Origin: an uncultured Verrucomicrobiae bacterium
GTDB lineage: Bacteria; Verrucomicrobiota; Verrucomicrobiia; Chthoniobacterales; JAFAMB01
Direction of reading: 5' to 3'
Assembly: GCA_963762565.1 (NCBI GenBank)
Contig: CAVXLD010000005.1
Coordinates: 448,001-512,000 of the forward strand
Length of the DNA: 64,000 nt
Positions within the stretch are counted from its first letter, which is position 1, and every line of letters begins with the position of its first letter. The translations under genes were made by a program, and so were the position numbers. Of the stretch, positions 1 through 9,406 are shown in pieces. The notes beneath the pieces are model-generated. The model did no database searches and was not told where the DNA came from. It worked only from the letters and a program-made list of their open reading frames with translations.

Positions 1-199
1 AGTGACAGTGGGGAGGAGTAATCATCAATGATCATTTGCAAAGATAAACTTAACGCCTATTACCCCAGGCCGGACAAAGGTTGTGGTTTGATCTGCGGAA
101 GCAGGAGAATCAGATATTATCGGGGCTTCCTTCTGGTTAGGCCAAAACAGCCCTTATTATTAAGATTCCGTCCAGCAGACAGCAAATAGCGGATGGACT

Positions 200-856
200 A
201 TGAAATCGTCTTCGGAATCCTCAACCGCTCCCATATCTGTGGTGATCGCAGATGATCATCCAGTCGTGCGACAAGGCTTAGCGGCTATGTTCAAGTCTCA
301 GAGTGATATAAAAGTAGTTGCTGAGGCCGCGAACGGTGAAGAGGCCTTGGAGATCTGTAATCGACACTTTCCGGATGTGCTTTTGCTCGATCTCCGAATG
401 CCCAGGAAGGATGGATTGCAAGTCATGGCAGAATTAGCAGCGCGTGCTGCTATCCGGCCCAGGGTTATAGTAATGACTACGTACGATTGTGAAGACGATA
501 TCCGTCGCTCTGTGAAATCAGGCGCTAAGGGTTACGTGGTCAAAGACGCCACGCCCCAGCAAATCAGAGAATCAGTTCGGAGAGTAGCCGCAGGCGGATC
601 CGTTCTCTCGACGAACCTCGTTGCAAAACTCGCAGAATCTATCGCGCGTCCGCAGCTCTCCAAGCGCGAACGGCAGGTGCTGAAGTACTTGGCCAATGGA
701 CGCAGCAATAAGGAGATTGCACAGATTCTTTACATCAGCGAACATACGGCAAAGGCTCACGTTAAGTCTATCATGACGAAGCTAAATGCGGCCAGCCGTA
801 CGGAGGTCATTGCGATTGCGACTAAGTACGGGCTTATAAAAGCTGTGTCGGGTTAG
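200..856 (+). CDS. NarL/FixJ (LuxR-type) DNA-binding response regulator
   Basis: Receiver motifs IADDHPVVR, LLDLRMP, MTTY, YVVKD plus C-terminal LuxR HTH (LSKRERQVL...GRSNKEIAQILYISEHTAKAHV). No kinase in the window. Confidence 0.95.
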   Translation: MKSSSESSTAPISVVIADDHPVVRQGLAAMFKSQSDIKVVAEAANGEEALEICNRHFPDVLLLDLRMPRKDGLQVMAELAARAAIRPRVIVMTTYDCEDDIRRSVKSGAKGYVVKDATPQQIRESVRRVAAGGSVLSTNLVAKLAESIARPQLSKRERQVLKYLANGRSNKEIAQILYISEHTAKAHVKSIMTKLNAASRTEVIAIATKYGLIKAVSG

Positions 857-1355
857 CGGTCAAACCGTTCGTGGTTTCTAGTTCGGAGTACGGCGAGCGG
901 AATCTGGAGCGGAAGTTTCCAAGCTGAATTTAGTGCGGAAGAGGGAGGCGGGCTCCGGAGCGTTAAGAGGGTGGAACATGGGGACGGGAGTGCTCTCTTT
1001 CCGCCTCGACACTGATTCCGGCGAAATGCGGTTCAGTTCGGAACCTCGGGAACGCGGCATAGTCGGGGAGAACTGGCAAGAACGGGCGGAAATGGTTGCA
1101 GCAGCCGGAGCGCCCTTGCCCCGAAGGAAATCCATTCCCGCCAGGCAGCAGGTTACGTAATTCCTAGGTAGCGATTGCTGCCTGCTGGCTATTGACTGCA
1201 AAAGCGAAATGATAGGCGGCGGAGCTTCCCATTATCAGCCCAAACGCTTTAGGAGCGTCCAGAGTCAGCAAACGGTCTTGGCCAGCGCTGGGGCAATCTA
1301 CGATGTACGGTTGCCGGAATGCTGCGCGTTGCCAGAATCGGATATCCGTTTTTGG

Positions 1356-1572
1356 AAAGTGGCTAAGATTTCTTATTTCTTAGCCACTTTTAAGGTTCAT
1401 CCCTGGATAGATTTGACCTTTCATGAGCCGGCGCCTCAAGGGATAGATTGCCCAGGAAAGCTTGTCCAGGAGCCACTTTACGGCTCATAACAGTTCAAAG
1501 CGGATCATAGAAACCGTCGGAACCCGTACACTCTTAATCACTGGGTTGTAGGTTCGATTCCTACACGGTGCA
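1356..1572 (+). repeat. Direct repeat copy 1 (att-like arm plus tRNA-Lys 3' fragment)
   Basis: Aligns by eye with 32128-32336. Starts with the hairpin AAAGTGGCTAAGA..TCTTAGCCACTTT and ends in the tRNA 3' half. Confidence 0.9.
1531..1572 (+). pseudogene. 3' half of tRNA-Lys(CTT), att-site remnant
   Basis: CTCTTAA anticodon loop, T-arm GTAGG-TTCGATT-CCTAC, acceptor strand ACGGTGC-A. No D-arm or 5' acceptor strand upstream. Confidence 0.85.
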
Positions 1573-1864
1573 CATTTTATTGCGAACGACTTGCTATCCC
1601 AATCCTTTTGACCGAAAGAAATTCTGTTTTCATTATCCAATGTTGAAATGCGTCCCTCGAAGGGCGAGATCGCGAAGCAATACGGCGCAACCAAGCCGGC
1701 GTGCTCCGTCCGTTGACTTCCTTGAGCCGGTAGTGGCCCTTTGGATCTCGGATCGCCACCATGGCGCCTAGGTTTTAGTAAAACAGACGCAAAGCGGAAC
1801 AGGACTTCTAGCCCTCTGGAATTGATTGCCTCTACGAGGTCGGTTTTGCTACGCTGTTCGCCCG

Positions 1865-3385
1865 GTGAAGTTCCTAGCGATTCTCCTCATCGCCCTCCTG
1901 TTACCTTCTCCTGGGTCCCGGGCTCAGGACTTCCGCGATTCCGCCGGCCGCCTCCAGAGCAGCATAAAGCCGGCATGGCCAATCAAGGTCGCAGGTGGAG
2001 GCAGGTACCTGACCGATGCTAAGAGCAATCCGTTTTTCCTCTGGAGCGATACAACTTGGGGCGTATTCCAGGCAGTGCCGCTCACTGGATCAAGCTCTGC
2101 TACGACCTATTATGCAGATAGGGCAGCGAGAGGATTTAACTGCGTCTATTGTACGCTCCTTTATAATCAGTATGTGGCAAATTTTGGTACTTACGACGGG
2201 ATAGCGCCCTTCACTAAAGGATCGGCAACAGGAGGCGGCACCGATAACAACTACAACATTGCCTACCCCAATCCGGCCTATTTTCAGCGAATCGTAGCGA
2301 TGGTCAATCTCGCAGCTCAGTACGGGCTTACCGTGATTCTAAACGTTTATGATAATCCGGGCTGGGAAACCAACTTTGTAAATTCCGGAACCAGCAAGCT
2401 GCAAGCTTTGGGAGCTTATATCGGTACCCAATTTGCCAGCTGTCCGAACGTTATTTATAACTACGGCGAGGACTACCAGGACTGGCAAAATAACTCAGCC
2501 TCTGACGCAGCCCTTGCCGCGCTCGAGGCAGGAATCAAGTCGACTGATAGGTTACACATCCATCTAGGCTGCGAGCTGAACTACATTAACTCGAGTACGT
2601 TTGATGATTCGAATTTGATGGGCTTGGACGGTAATTGCATTTATTCCTATTATCCGCTCTACATCGAGGACTACCATGGCTATGCGCAGTCGACAAAGCC
2701 GATGTTCATGATCGAGTCCAACTATGAGGGCGAGTGCTACAGCAACAATACCGGTTACTACTTCGTCGATGACGGAGGACCCTACCCAAGCGGCAGATTC
2801 GACACTGCTGGCTCCTCAGTCGTGCGGCATCAGATCTTTTGGGGATTAACCAGCGGACTAGCCGGATTCAATTATGGCCAATGGTGGATTGCTGACAACA
2901 TGTCCAAGTCGACAGCGTGGGCTAGTAAACTCAACACTTCAGCTGGCAATTCGGGATGCAAGCTGGTCAAGCTTCTGCAGGGCCAGAACTGGTGGATGCT
3001 TTCACCAGACACTTCGCATAGGTTCGTTACCAGTGGCTACGGTAGGCAACGCGCCTATCCTGGCATCGTAGTTGGTGATCTGCCGGCACCCAACAACGCC
3101 TATAAAACGGTCCCGACCGACACCTTCTGCACGGCCGAGGTGGCGAGCGATGGATCCTTCGGAATCGTTTACCTTCCGCAGACTTCGACTGTGACCGTGA
3201 ACATGACAGCGCTCTCCGGCTTGGTCACAGCCCTGTGGATGGATCCGGTCTCAGGAGCGATGACGACGGTCACCGGCAGTCCTTTTGCTGACTCCGGCAG
3301 TCAGAAGTTTACCTCGCCGGGAACTAATAGCGATGGAATCTCCACCGACTGGGCGCTCGTGCTGACGGCAGCACGCAAGCGGTAG
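1865..3385 (+). CDS. Secreted DUF4038/apiosidase-like (GH140-like) glycoside hydrolase with C-terminal collagenase-type beta domain
   Basis: Signal peptide MKFLAILLIALLLPSPGSRA from GTG 1865 (track start 1826). Motifs PFFLWSDTTW, RAARGFN, PNPAYF, KPMFMIESNYE, GFNYG, and C-terminal VYLP...WMDPVSG...DWALVL. Confidence 0.8.
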   Translation: MKFLAILLIALLLPSPGSRAQDFRDSAGRLQSSIKPAWPIKVAGGGRYLTDAKSNPFFLWSDTTWGVFQAVPLTGSSSATTYYADRAARGFNCVYCTLLYNQYVANFGTYDGIAPFTKGSATGGGTDNNYNIAYPNPAYFQRIVAMVNLAAQYGLTVILNVYDNPGWETNFVNSGTSKLQALGAYIGTQFASCPNVIYNYGEDYQDWQNNSASDAALAALEAGIKSTDRLHIHLGCELNYINSSTFDDSNLMGLDGNCIYSYYPLYIEDYHGYAQSTKPMFMIESNYEGECYSNNTGYYFVDDGGPYPSGRFDTAGSSVVRHQIFWGLTSGLAGFNYGQWWIADNMSKSTAWASKLNTSAGNSGCKLVKLLQGQNWWMLSPDTSHRFVTSGYGRQRAYPGIVVGDLPAPNNAYKTVPTDTFCTAEVASDGSFGIVYLPQTSTVTVNMTALSGLVTALWMDPVSGAMTTVTGSPFADSGSQKFTSPGTNSDGISTDWALVLTAARKR

Positions 3386-3424
3386 AATCCGGTTCGAGGC
3401 GGGTCCATAGACCAAAAACCACGA

Positions 3425-4174
3425 ATGCCCCGCCCGCTTCGATACTCGCTGGACATTTTCCGCGGCGAGGTGCGCTTAAAGGCGATTCTGGTTTTTGCTT
3501 TCGAACAGCCCGTTCAACGTATGGATGAACTAGCGAGCGATTTACTGGGACCAAGTGAGGCGGCATATTTTTCGACTCTAAGTTCTGCGCGACGGCAGAA
3601 CAGCTATCTGCTCGGGCGCTACGCTGCGAAGCTCGCCCTCAAAGACGCTCTCTCGGAACCCGACCTTAGGTCTATTGAGATCGTAAGAGGGGTTTTTGAG
3701 CAGCCGATTGTGCAATACCGGCGGACCGGAGGATGGGGCGTGACAATTAGTCATACGGACTCATTAGCGGTCGGCCTCGCCTATCCAGCCGGGCATCCAA
3801 TGGGTGTCGATGTCGAGCGAATTGACCGAGCGGGCCAGGAAGCGATCCTTTCCCAGCTATCTCCACAAGAAATTGACTGGATCGATAGTTCTGCAGACGA
3901 TAGGGATACGGTAGCGACCGCTCTCTGGGCGGCCAAGGAGGCCTTATCCAAAGTTCTTACCACTGGCCTCATGAGCCCGGTGAGAATCTACAATTTGAGC
4001 GAATTCTCTCAAATTGATTCGGGGATGTGGGAAGGTCTGTTCGAGAATTTTGCCCAGTACAAGGTGCGGGTTTGGGTCGGCTCGTCCTATGCGTTGTCGA
4101 TTGCCATGCCTAAAAAATCCATGATTGGTCACTGTAGTTATTTCTGCGCCGCCCTTTGCTCGCAGTGTGGCTAG
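3425..4174 (+). CDS. Sfp-type 4'-phosphopantetheinyl transferase
   Basis: Motifs LGRYAAK, TISHT, MGVDVE, WAAKEALSK. Lies next to the PKS/NRPS genes. Confidence 0.93.
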   Translation: MPRPLRYSLDIFRGEVRLKAILVFAFEQPVQRMDELASDLLGPSEAAYFSTLSSARRQNSYLLGRYAAKLALKDALSEPDLRSIEIVRGVFEQPIVQYRRTGGWGVTISHTDSLAVGLAYPAGHPMGVDVERIDRAGQEAILSQLSPQEIDWIDSSADDRDTVATALWAAKEALSKVLTTGLMSPVRIYNLSEFSQIDSGMWEGLFENFAQYKVRVWVGSSYALSIAMPKKSMIGHCSYFCAALCSQCG

Positions 4175-4520
4175 CGAAAAAGCTTTTCTCCAAAAGAGGC
4201 ATTTTTCGCCGCCTATCAGTGGTATTAACCGTTCGTCACGGATTCGTTCACAACGAAAGTCAGCCCCTCACTGACCTGATCGACAAAAATCAAAAATCGA
4301 TTTTCTAGAGTTTACCATAACAGCCAGCAATCTTAAATGATCCTTCTGAGCAAAAGAGATTGATTGGTCTCAATTATTTCCGAGATACTCCCGGCGGTGA
4401 GAACGATGCTGTAATCACGTTTGTGACTCGTTCTCCTAGCGCCAGGCTCCTTTAGTACCACAGCTTTTGGCGTCCTTTAAAAGCACCGTGGGTTTTGCTA
4501 ATTCTCTAAGAGGTGCCACC

Positions 4521-4532
4521 GGCGGTAGCTTG
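4521..4532 (+). promoter_or_regulatory. ops-like element (RfaH/NusG-paralog loading site)
   Basis: GGCGGTAGCTTG matches the ops consensus GGCGGTAGnnTG, on the sense strand ~30 nt before the first PKS ATG. Confidence 0.55.
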
Positions 4533-4561
4533 CCCTGATTCGGTTGTTAGCAACGACTCAG

Positions 4562-7500
4562 ATGTCGGACTCTGATAATATCGCCATCCGTCAGCCGGAT
4601 CGGAAGGCGCTTTTGCAACGAGCATTGCAGACCATCGACTCGCTCCAAGCCCGCCTCGACGCGGTCGAGCGTGAACGCAATCAGCCGATTGCGATCGTCG
4701 GTCTTGGATGCCGTTTTCCAGCTTCAAACGATCCGCAAAGCTTTTGGCGCCTCTTGCGAGATCGGGGCGATGCCGTAAAAAGGGTGCCCGATGACCGTTG
4801 GGACGTGGAGGCATACTATGATCCAGATCCATCGGCACCCGGAAAAATGCACGCTCCCTATGGTGGCTTTCTGGATGGAGTCGATCTATTTGACGCCGCC
4901 TTTTTTGGAATTTCCCGTCGAGAAGCAGAAGCTATGGATCCACAGCAGAGGCTTCTGCTGGAGGTTGTGTGGGAAACTTTAGAAAATGCGGGAATCGCTG
5001 CCAATCGTCTGCGCGGATCTTCGACTGGAGTCTTTGTTGGAATTACCGTCTCTGACTATGCTCGATTGGCTGCTGCAGACCGGTCAATTGCGTTCGATGC
5101 TTACACCGCCACCGGGGGTGCGCTTAATGTGGCAGCCGGCCGTATCTCTTTTTTATTGGGTTTGAACGGCCCGGCCGTAGCGGTCGACACCGCCTGTTCC
5201 TCCTCTCTAGTTGCGGTGCATTTGGCTTGCCAGAGCCTACGCACACGCGAATCCGATTTGGCTTTGGCCGGGGGAGTCAACCTGCTTCTCGTACCGGACA
5301 GCTTCGTCTGTTTGACGAAATGGGGAATGCTGGCCGCAGACGGTCGGTGTAAGACATTCGACGAACGGGCTGACGGTTTTGTGAGGGGGGAAGGGTGCGG
5401 AATTGTCGCCCTCAAACGTCTGCACGATGCCATAGAGTCAGGCGATCGGATTCTTGCTGTGATCAGGGGAACGGCGGTGAATCAGGATGGTGCCAGCAGT
5501 GGGTTGACAGTACCGAACGGTCTAGCACAACAGGCGGTGGTCCGATCGGCCTTAAAGGTTGCTGGAGTCTCTCCAGAAGAGGTAGACTACGTTGAGGCTC
5601 ACGGCACTGGCACTCCGCTCGGGGACCCGATTGAGCTCGAGGCCTTGGCTAGTGTCTTGGGCAAAGATCGTTCGCCCGATCACCCATTGCGCGTGGGCTC
5701 GGTAAAACCTAACATTGGGCACTTAGAATCCGCAGCAGGCATTGCCGGACTCATTAAAGTTGTACTATCGCTGCAGCGCGAGTGGATCCCGGGACAACTT
5801 CACTATAGAAAGCTCAACCCCCGCATCTCTCTCGGCACCGTGCCGATTGAAATTCCGGTCACTCCAGTAAGGTGGCCGCGGTGCGAGCGTCCGCGCATAG
5901 CCGGCATAAGTTCTTTTGGATTTAGCGGCACTAACGCGCACGCAATTTTGCAGGAGGCTCCGTTACCCAATGCGGGAGGGCCGAGAACTCGCCCGAATCA
6001 GGGGGAAGTTAGCGGTAACGGTTATTCTGTGGCTTTAGCCAATCCGGCGGTGCCCGTAAACCGCGATCGGACAGCTCACCTATTGGTGCTGTCTGCCGAG
6101 TCTGAGCTCGCGTTACGCGAACTATCGCAAGCATACGCCGAGTATCTGAAAAAGGAATCGGACGAATCCCTGGCGGACATTTGCCACACGGCTGCCATTG
6201 GCCGCGCACCCCTATCTTATCGGTTGGCTTTTCCTGCTACAGATGTCGCAACGACACGCGAACAGCTCATCTGTTTCGCGCAAAGCAGACCCAAATTCGG
6301 TATTAATACAGGCCGGGTACGGTCGAAGCCCAAAGTCGCCTTTCTATTTAGCGGCCACGCAACGATGACGCCGGGGAGGGGAAGGACTCTTTATGAAAGC
6401 GAACCTGTGTTTCGCAACGCAGTTGACCGTTGCGCCAATGGGTTAAGCAGATACCACGATATTCCGTTGCCGGAAATTCTCGGGTACACCGGTGGAAACA
6501 CCAGTAGTGCCGGTTTTCTCGATGAAATCGTCTACGCTGAGCCGGCTCTTTTTGCGTTCGAATATGCGATGTCGTGCCTCTGGCGTTCGTGGGGAATCGA
6601 GCCGTGCGCAATCGTGGGACACGGCCTGGGTGAATACGTCGGCGCATGTTTGGCTGGAATCGTCAGCCTGGAAAACGCACTGGGACTGGTTGCTGTCCGA
6701 TCGCGCCTGACACAGGTGTTGCCAGAGAAGGGCGCTATGGCAGCCGTTTTCGCTAGTAAAGATCTCGTAGGCGCAAAGATCGCCGATTACTCAAATTCGG
6801 TATCCATCGCTGCGATCAATTCGCCACGGAACACGGTCATTTCCGGAGCAGCAGGTCACATCCAGGCTCTGCTGGAGCAGTTCCGCCGGGAAGGCATTCA
6901 TGCAGAGTCACTAACGGTTTCGCATGCTCTCCATTCGCCATTGATCGAACCGATGCTGGATGAGTTCGATCAATTTGCCAGAACCATTCCGCATCAGCCT
7001 CCTGTCATTGATCTGACATTGAACGTGACCGGCCAGCTGGCAAATGGAACAGTGCCGCTTGACGGCCTTTACTGGCGCCAGCATACACGCGAACCGGTCC
7101 GATTCGCGGAATCGATCGAAACCCTTCACAAGCATGGGATACGGATTTTCCTGGAGCTTGGACCTTCGCCAACGTTAACACCATTGGCCCGACAATCGGT
7201 TGAGGGTACCGGAACGACTTGGCTGGCGTCTCAGAGCAATGACCAAGAAGACTGGCGTCAAATATTATCTAGTCTCGGGACTCTCTTCGCGCTTGGAGCG
7301 ACCCCCGATTGGTGCGCGTTCGACCGGCACTATCGACGTAGTCGTCTTTCGCTGCCGACTTACCCATTCCAACGCGAGAGACATTGGCTCCCGGTTGCCG
7401 CTGCGGATTCCGGGCAAGCGGGTCTACGATCCCTCAACGATGCCGAACAACGGGATGAGCGGGAATCAGTGGAAAATTGGTTCTACGAGACTCAATGGGT

Positions 7501-9406
7501 CAGACGGGAGACAGCTAACGAATTGATACTTGAAGTCCCGCCCACGGGAAATTGGATTATCTTCCGCGATCAACAGGGGGTCGGTGATGCGCTTTGTGCC
7601 CGACTGCGCGAGTATGGCGCGACCTATGTCTGCGCGGATCACGGTGAGCAACGCTCACAAGTGAACGACGCATTGATGACAATCAGGCCCGACAATGCAG
7701 GCGACTATGTTGGGCTGTTGAACAACGCGGCGCGGCAGAATTCTGTCGCTACCAGGATTGTCCACCTTTGGAGTCTGGACGCTGCAGATCTCGAAAAAGC
7801 AGATCTGAAAGCCGTGCAAGACGCCCAGACACTCGGACCCGTCAGCGTTTTGCACCTGGTCCAAGCGCTCGCCCAGGTAAGGCCATCAGCGCCTCACAAA
7901 CTCTGGTTGATCAGCCGTGGTGCGCAGCCGGTGGAACAAAAGGCTGAGGCGATTTCAGTGCTCCAGTCTCCTCTTTGGGGTTTGGGTCGTACCATCGCGA
8001 TGGAGCGACCAGAATTCTGGGGTGGTATGGTGGATCTGGATTCAGCCGATAGTCCGCGGTCCGCGGCCGGGCACCTGCTTCGTCAATTGGCGGCGGACGG
8101 CGGCGAGGACCAAACGGCAATCCGCGATGGCCGCGCGTATTTGGCACGACTGAGTCGGCTGAGGAACACTCTGCTCAAAACTGAACGAGTTTCGATTCGC
8201 CCGTATGCAACGTATCTGATCACGGGCGGATTAGGTGGTATCGGGCTTATCATTGCCAGATGGCTGGCGATTCAGGGTGCTCGCCATCTTGTTTTGGCCG
8301 GGCGAAGCTCGCTGCCGCCTCGCCAAGCGTGGGAAGATGTCTCAAGCGGAACCATTGAAAGCGCTCGTATCGGCGCAATACGCGAACTCGAGAAACTTGG
8401 CGCCAACGTCCAGACGTTGGTCGTGGACATGGGCAATGATAGATCGGTTACCGCCATGATCAGGCAGTGTCTAGCCCCGGATCGGCCGCCCCTGCGAGGT
8501 GTATTTCATGCGGCCGGCGTGACGCAGAATCAACTGCTGATCGATCAGACTGCGGAGCAAATGCGAGACATTCTGGCCGCGAAGATGGTTGGCGGATGGC
8601 TCCTCCATCGACTGTTGGCGGATATTCCTTTGGAGCTATTTGTGCTTTTCTCCACGTTCTCGTCATTTTTAGGCTCGCCAATGTTGGGAAGTTATTCGGC
8701 CGCCAACATCTTTCTCGATTCGCTCGCACATCATCGCCGTTCGCAAGGCCAAGCGGCGCTGAGCATCAATTGGGGTCCGTGGGCCGATGCCGGCATGGCG
8801 GCTCGATTTCTGGCTGCAGAAGAGTCCAAAGGCATACGATGGAAGGACATCCCCAACGGCGTGAGCGCTTTGTCGACCCAATACGCATTGGAGGCCATGG
8901 AGCGATTGCTCGCGCAGGGCGCCGTACAGACGGGCGTCATGTCGATCGATTGGATGGCGTGGCATCGCTGGACCTGCGGCAACGTTGCAATTGCTCCCTA
9001 CCTTTCGGCCCTCATTCCAGAAAGCGATTCAAGAGTTTCGGCCACAGAGCTCAAAGGAAACAGCCGCCGCGAACGCATTCTGTGCGTCGAATCGGAGCCG
9101 TGCCCAGAAACGGTAGACAAATATTTGGTGGAAGAAATAGCCCGCATTCTCAAGGTGCCTTCGGTTTCGGTGGATCGGGGTACGCCTATCATGAGGTTGG
9201 GGTTCGACTCGCTGATGTCAGTTGAACTGAAAAAGCAGATCGGGACCGACCTGGGTGTGAGCGTAGCGATGGCCCGCCTCGTCCAAAGCCCCACCATCTT
9301 GGAGCTGACCGGCTTCATAGTGGAACTGCTTGCGAATTCGAGCGGTCTTGACCCGACCGCTGCGGTGAGTTCTTCAATCGTTGAAGTTGAGGAGGGAGTA
9401 CTATGA
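4562..9406 (+). CDS. Type I PKS module KS-AT(degenerate)-KR-ACP
   Basis: KS DTACSSS/HGTGT/NIGH. AT has GHGLG in place of GHSxG. KR TGGLGGIG/YSAAN, ACP GFDSLM, C-terminal EVEEGVL. ATG 4562 preferred over track start 4544. Confidence 0.97.
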   Translation: MSDSDNIAIRQPDRKALLQRALQTIDSLQARLDAVERERNQPIAIVGLGCRFPASNDPQSFWRLLRDRGDAVKRVPDDRWDVEAYYDPDPSAPGKMHAPYGGFLDGVDLFDAAFFGISRREAEAMDPQQRLLLEVVWETLENAGIAANRLRGSSTGVFVGITVSDYARLAAADRSIAFDAYTATGGALNVAAGRISFLLGLNGPAVAVDTACSSSLVAVHLACQSLRTRESDLALAGGVNLLLVPDSFVCLTKWGMLAADGRCKTFDERADGFVRGEGCGIVALKRLHDAIESGDRILAVIRGTAVNQDGASSGLTVPNGLAQQAVVRSALKVAGVSPEEVDYVEAHGTGTPLGDPIELEALASVLGKDRSPDHPLRVGSVKPNIGHLESAAGIAGLIKVVLSLQREWIPGQLHYRKLNPRISLGTVPIEIPVTPVRWPRCERPRIAGISSFGFSGTNAHAILQEAPLPNAGGPRTRPNQGEVSGNGYSVALANPAVPVNRDRTAHLLVLSAESELALRELSQAYAEYLKKESDESLADICHTAAIGRAPLSYRLAFPATDVATTREQLICFAQSRPKFGINTGRVRSKPKVAFLFSGHATMTPGRGRTLYESEPVFRNAVDRCANGLSRYHDIPLPEILGYTGGNTSSAGFLDEIVYAEPALFAFEYAMSCLWRSWGIEPCAIVGHGLGEYVGACLAGIVSLENALGLVAVRSRLTQVLPEKGAMAAVFASKDLVGAKIADYSNSVSIAAINSPRNTVISGAAGHIQALLEQFRREGIHAESLTVSHALHSPLIEPMLDEFDQFARTIPHQPPVIDLTLNVTGQLANGTVPLDGLYWRQHTREPVRFAESIETLHKHGIRIFLELGPSPTLTPLARQSVEGTGTTWLASQSNDQEDWRQILSSLGTLFALGATPDWCAFDRHYRRSRLSLPTYPFQRERHWLPVAAADSGQAGLRSLNDAEQRDERESVENWFYETQWVRRETANELILEVPPTGNWIIFRDQQGVGDALCARLREYGATYVCADHGEQRSQVNDALMTIRPDNAGDYVGLLNNAARQNSVATRIVHLWSLDAADLEKADLKAVQDAQTLGPVSVLHLVQALAQVRPSAPHKLWLISRGAQPVEQKAEAISVLQSPLWGLGRTIAMERPEFWGGMVDLDSADSPRSAAGHLLRQLAADGGEDQTAIRDGRAYLARLSRLRNTLLKTERVSIRPYATYLITGGLGGIGLIIARWLAIQGARHLVLAGRSSLPPRQAWEDVSSGTIESARIGAIRELEKLGANVQTLVVDMGNDRSVTAMIRQCLAPDRPPLRGVFHAAGVTQNQLLIDQTAEQMRDILAAKMVGGWLLHRLLADIPLELFVLFSTFSSFLGSPMLGSYSAANIFLDSLAHHRRSQGQAALSINWGPWADAGMAARFLAAEESKGIRWKDIPNGVSALSTQYALEAMERLLAQGAVQTGVMSIDWMAWHRWTCGNVAIAPYLSALIPESDSRVSATELKGNSRRERILCVESEPCPETVDKYLVEEIARILKVPSVSVDRGTPIMRLGFDSLMSVELKKQIGTDLGVSVAMARLVQSPTILELTGFIVELLANSSGLDPTAAVSSSIVEVEEGVL

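Noticed and set aside
878..1201. Overlapping ORFs 878-1201(-) and 933-1160(+)
   Set aside because: No recognisable family or RBS, so coding status cannot be supported.
1209..1490. ORF sharing the peptide AKIxxFLATFKVHP with ORF 32132-32344
   Set aside because: The similarity comes from the DNA att repeat. Starts and stops are not conserved and the second ORF runs through the tRNA fragment, so these are unlikely to be real proteins.
1490..1572. Intact or intron-containing tRNA-Lys
   Set aside because: No 5' acceptor strand or D-arm was found upstream, and the anticodon stem cannot pair. The same holds at 32295-32336.
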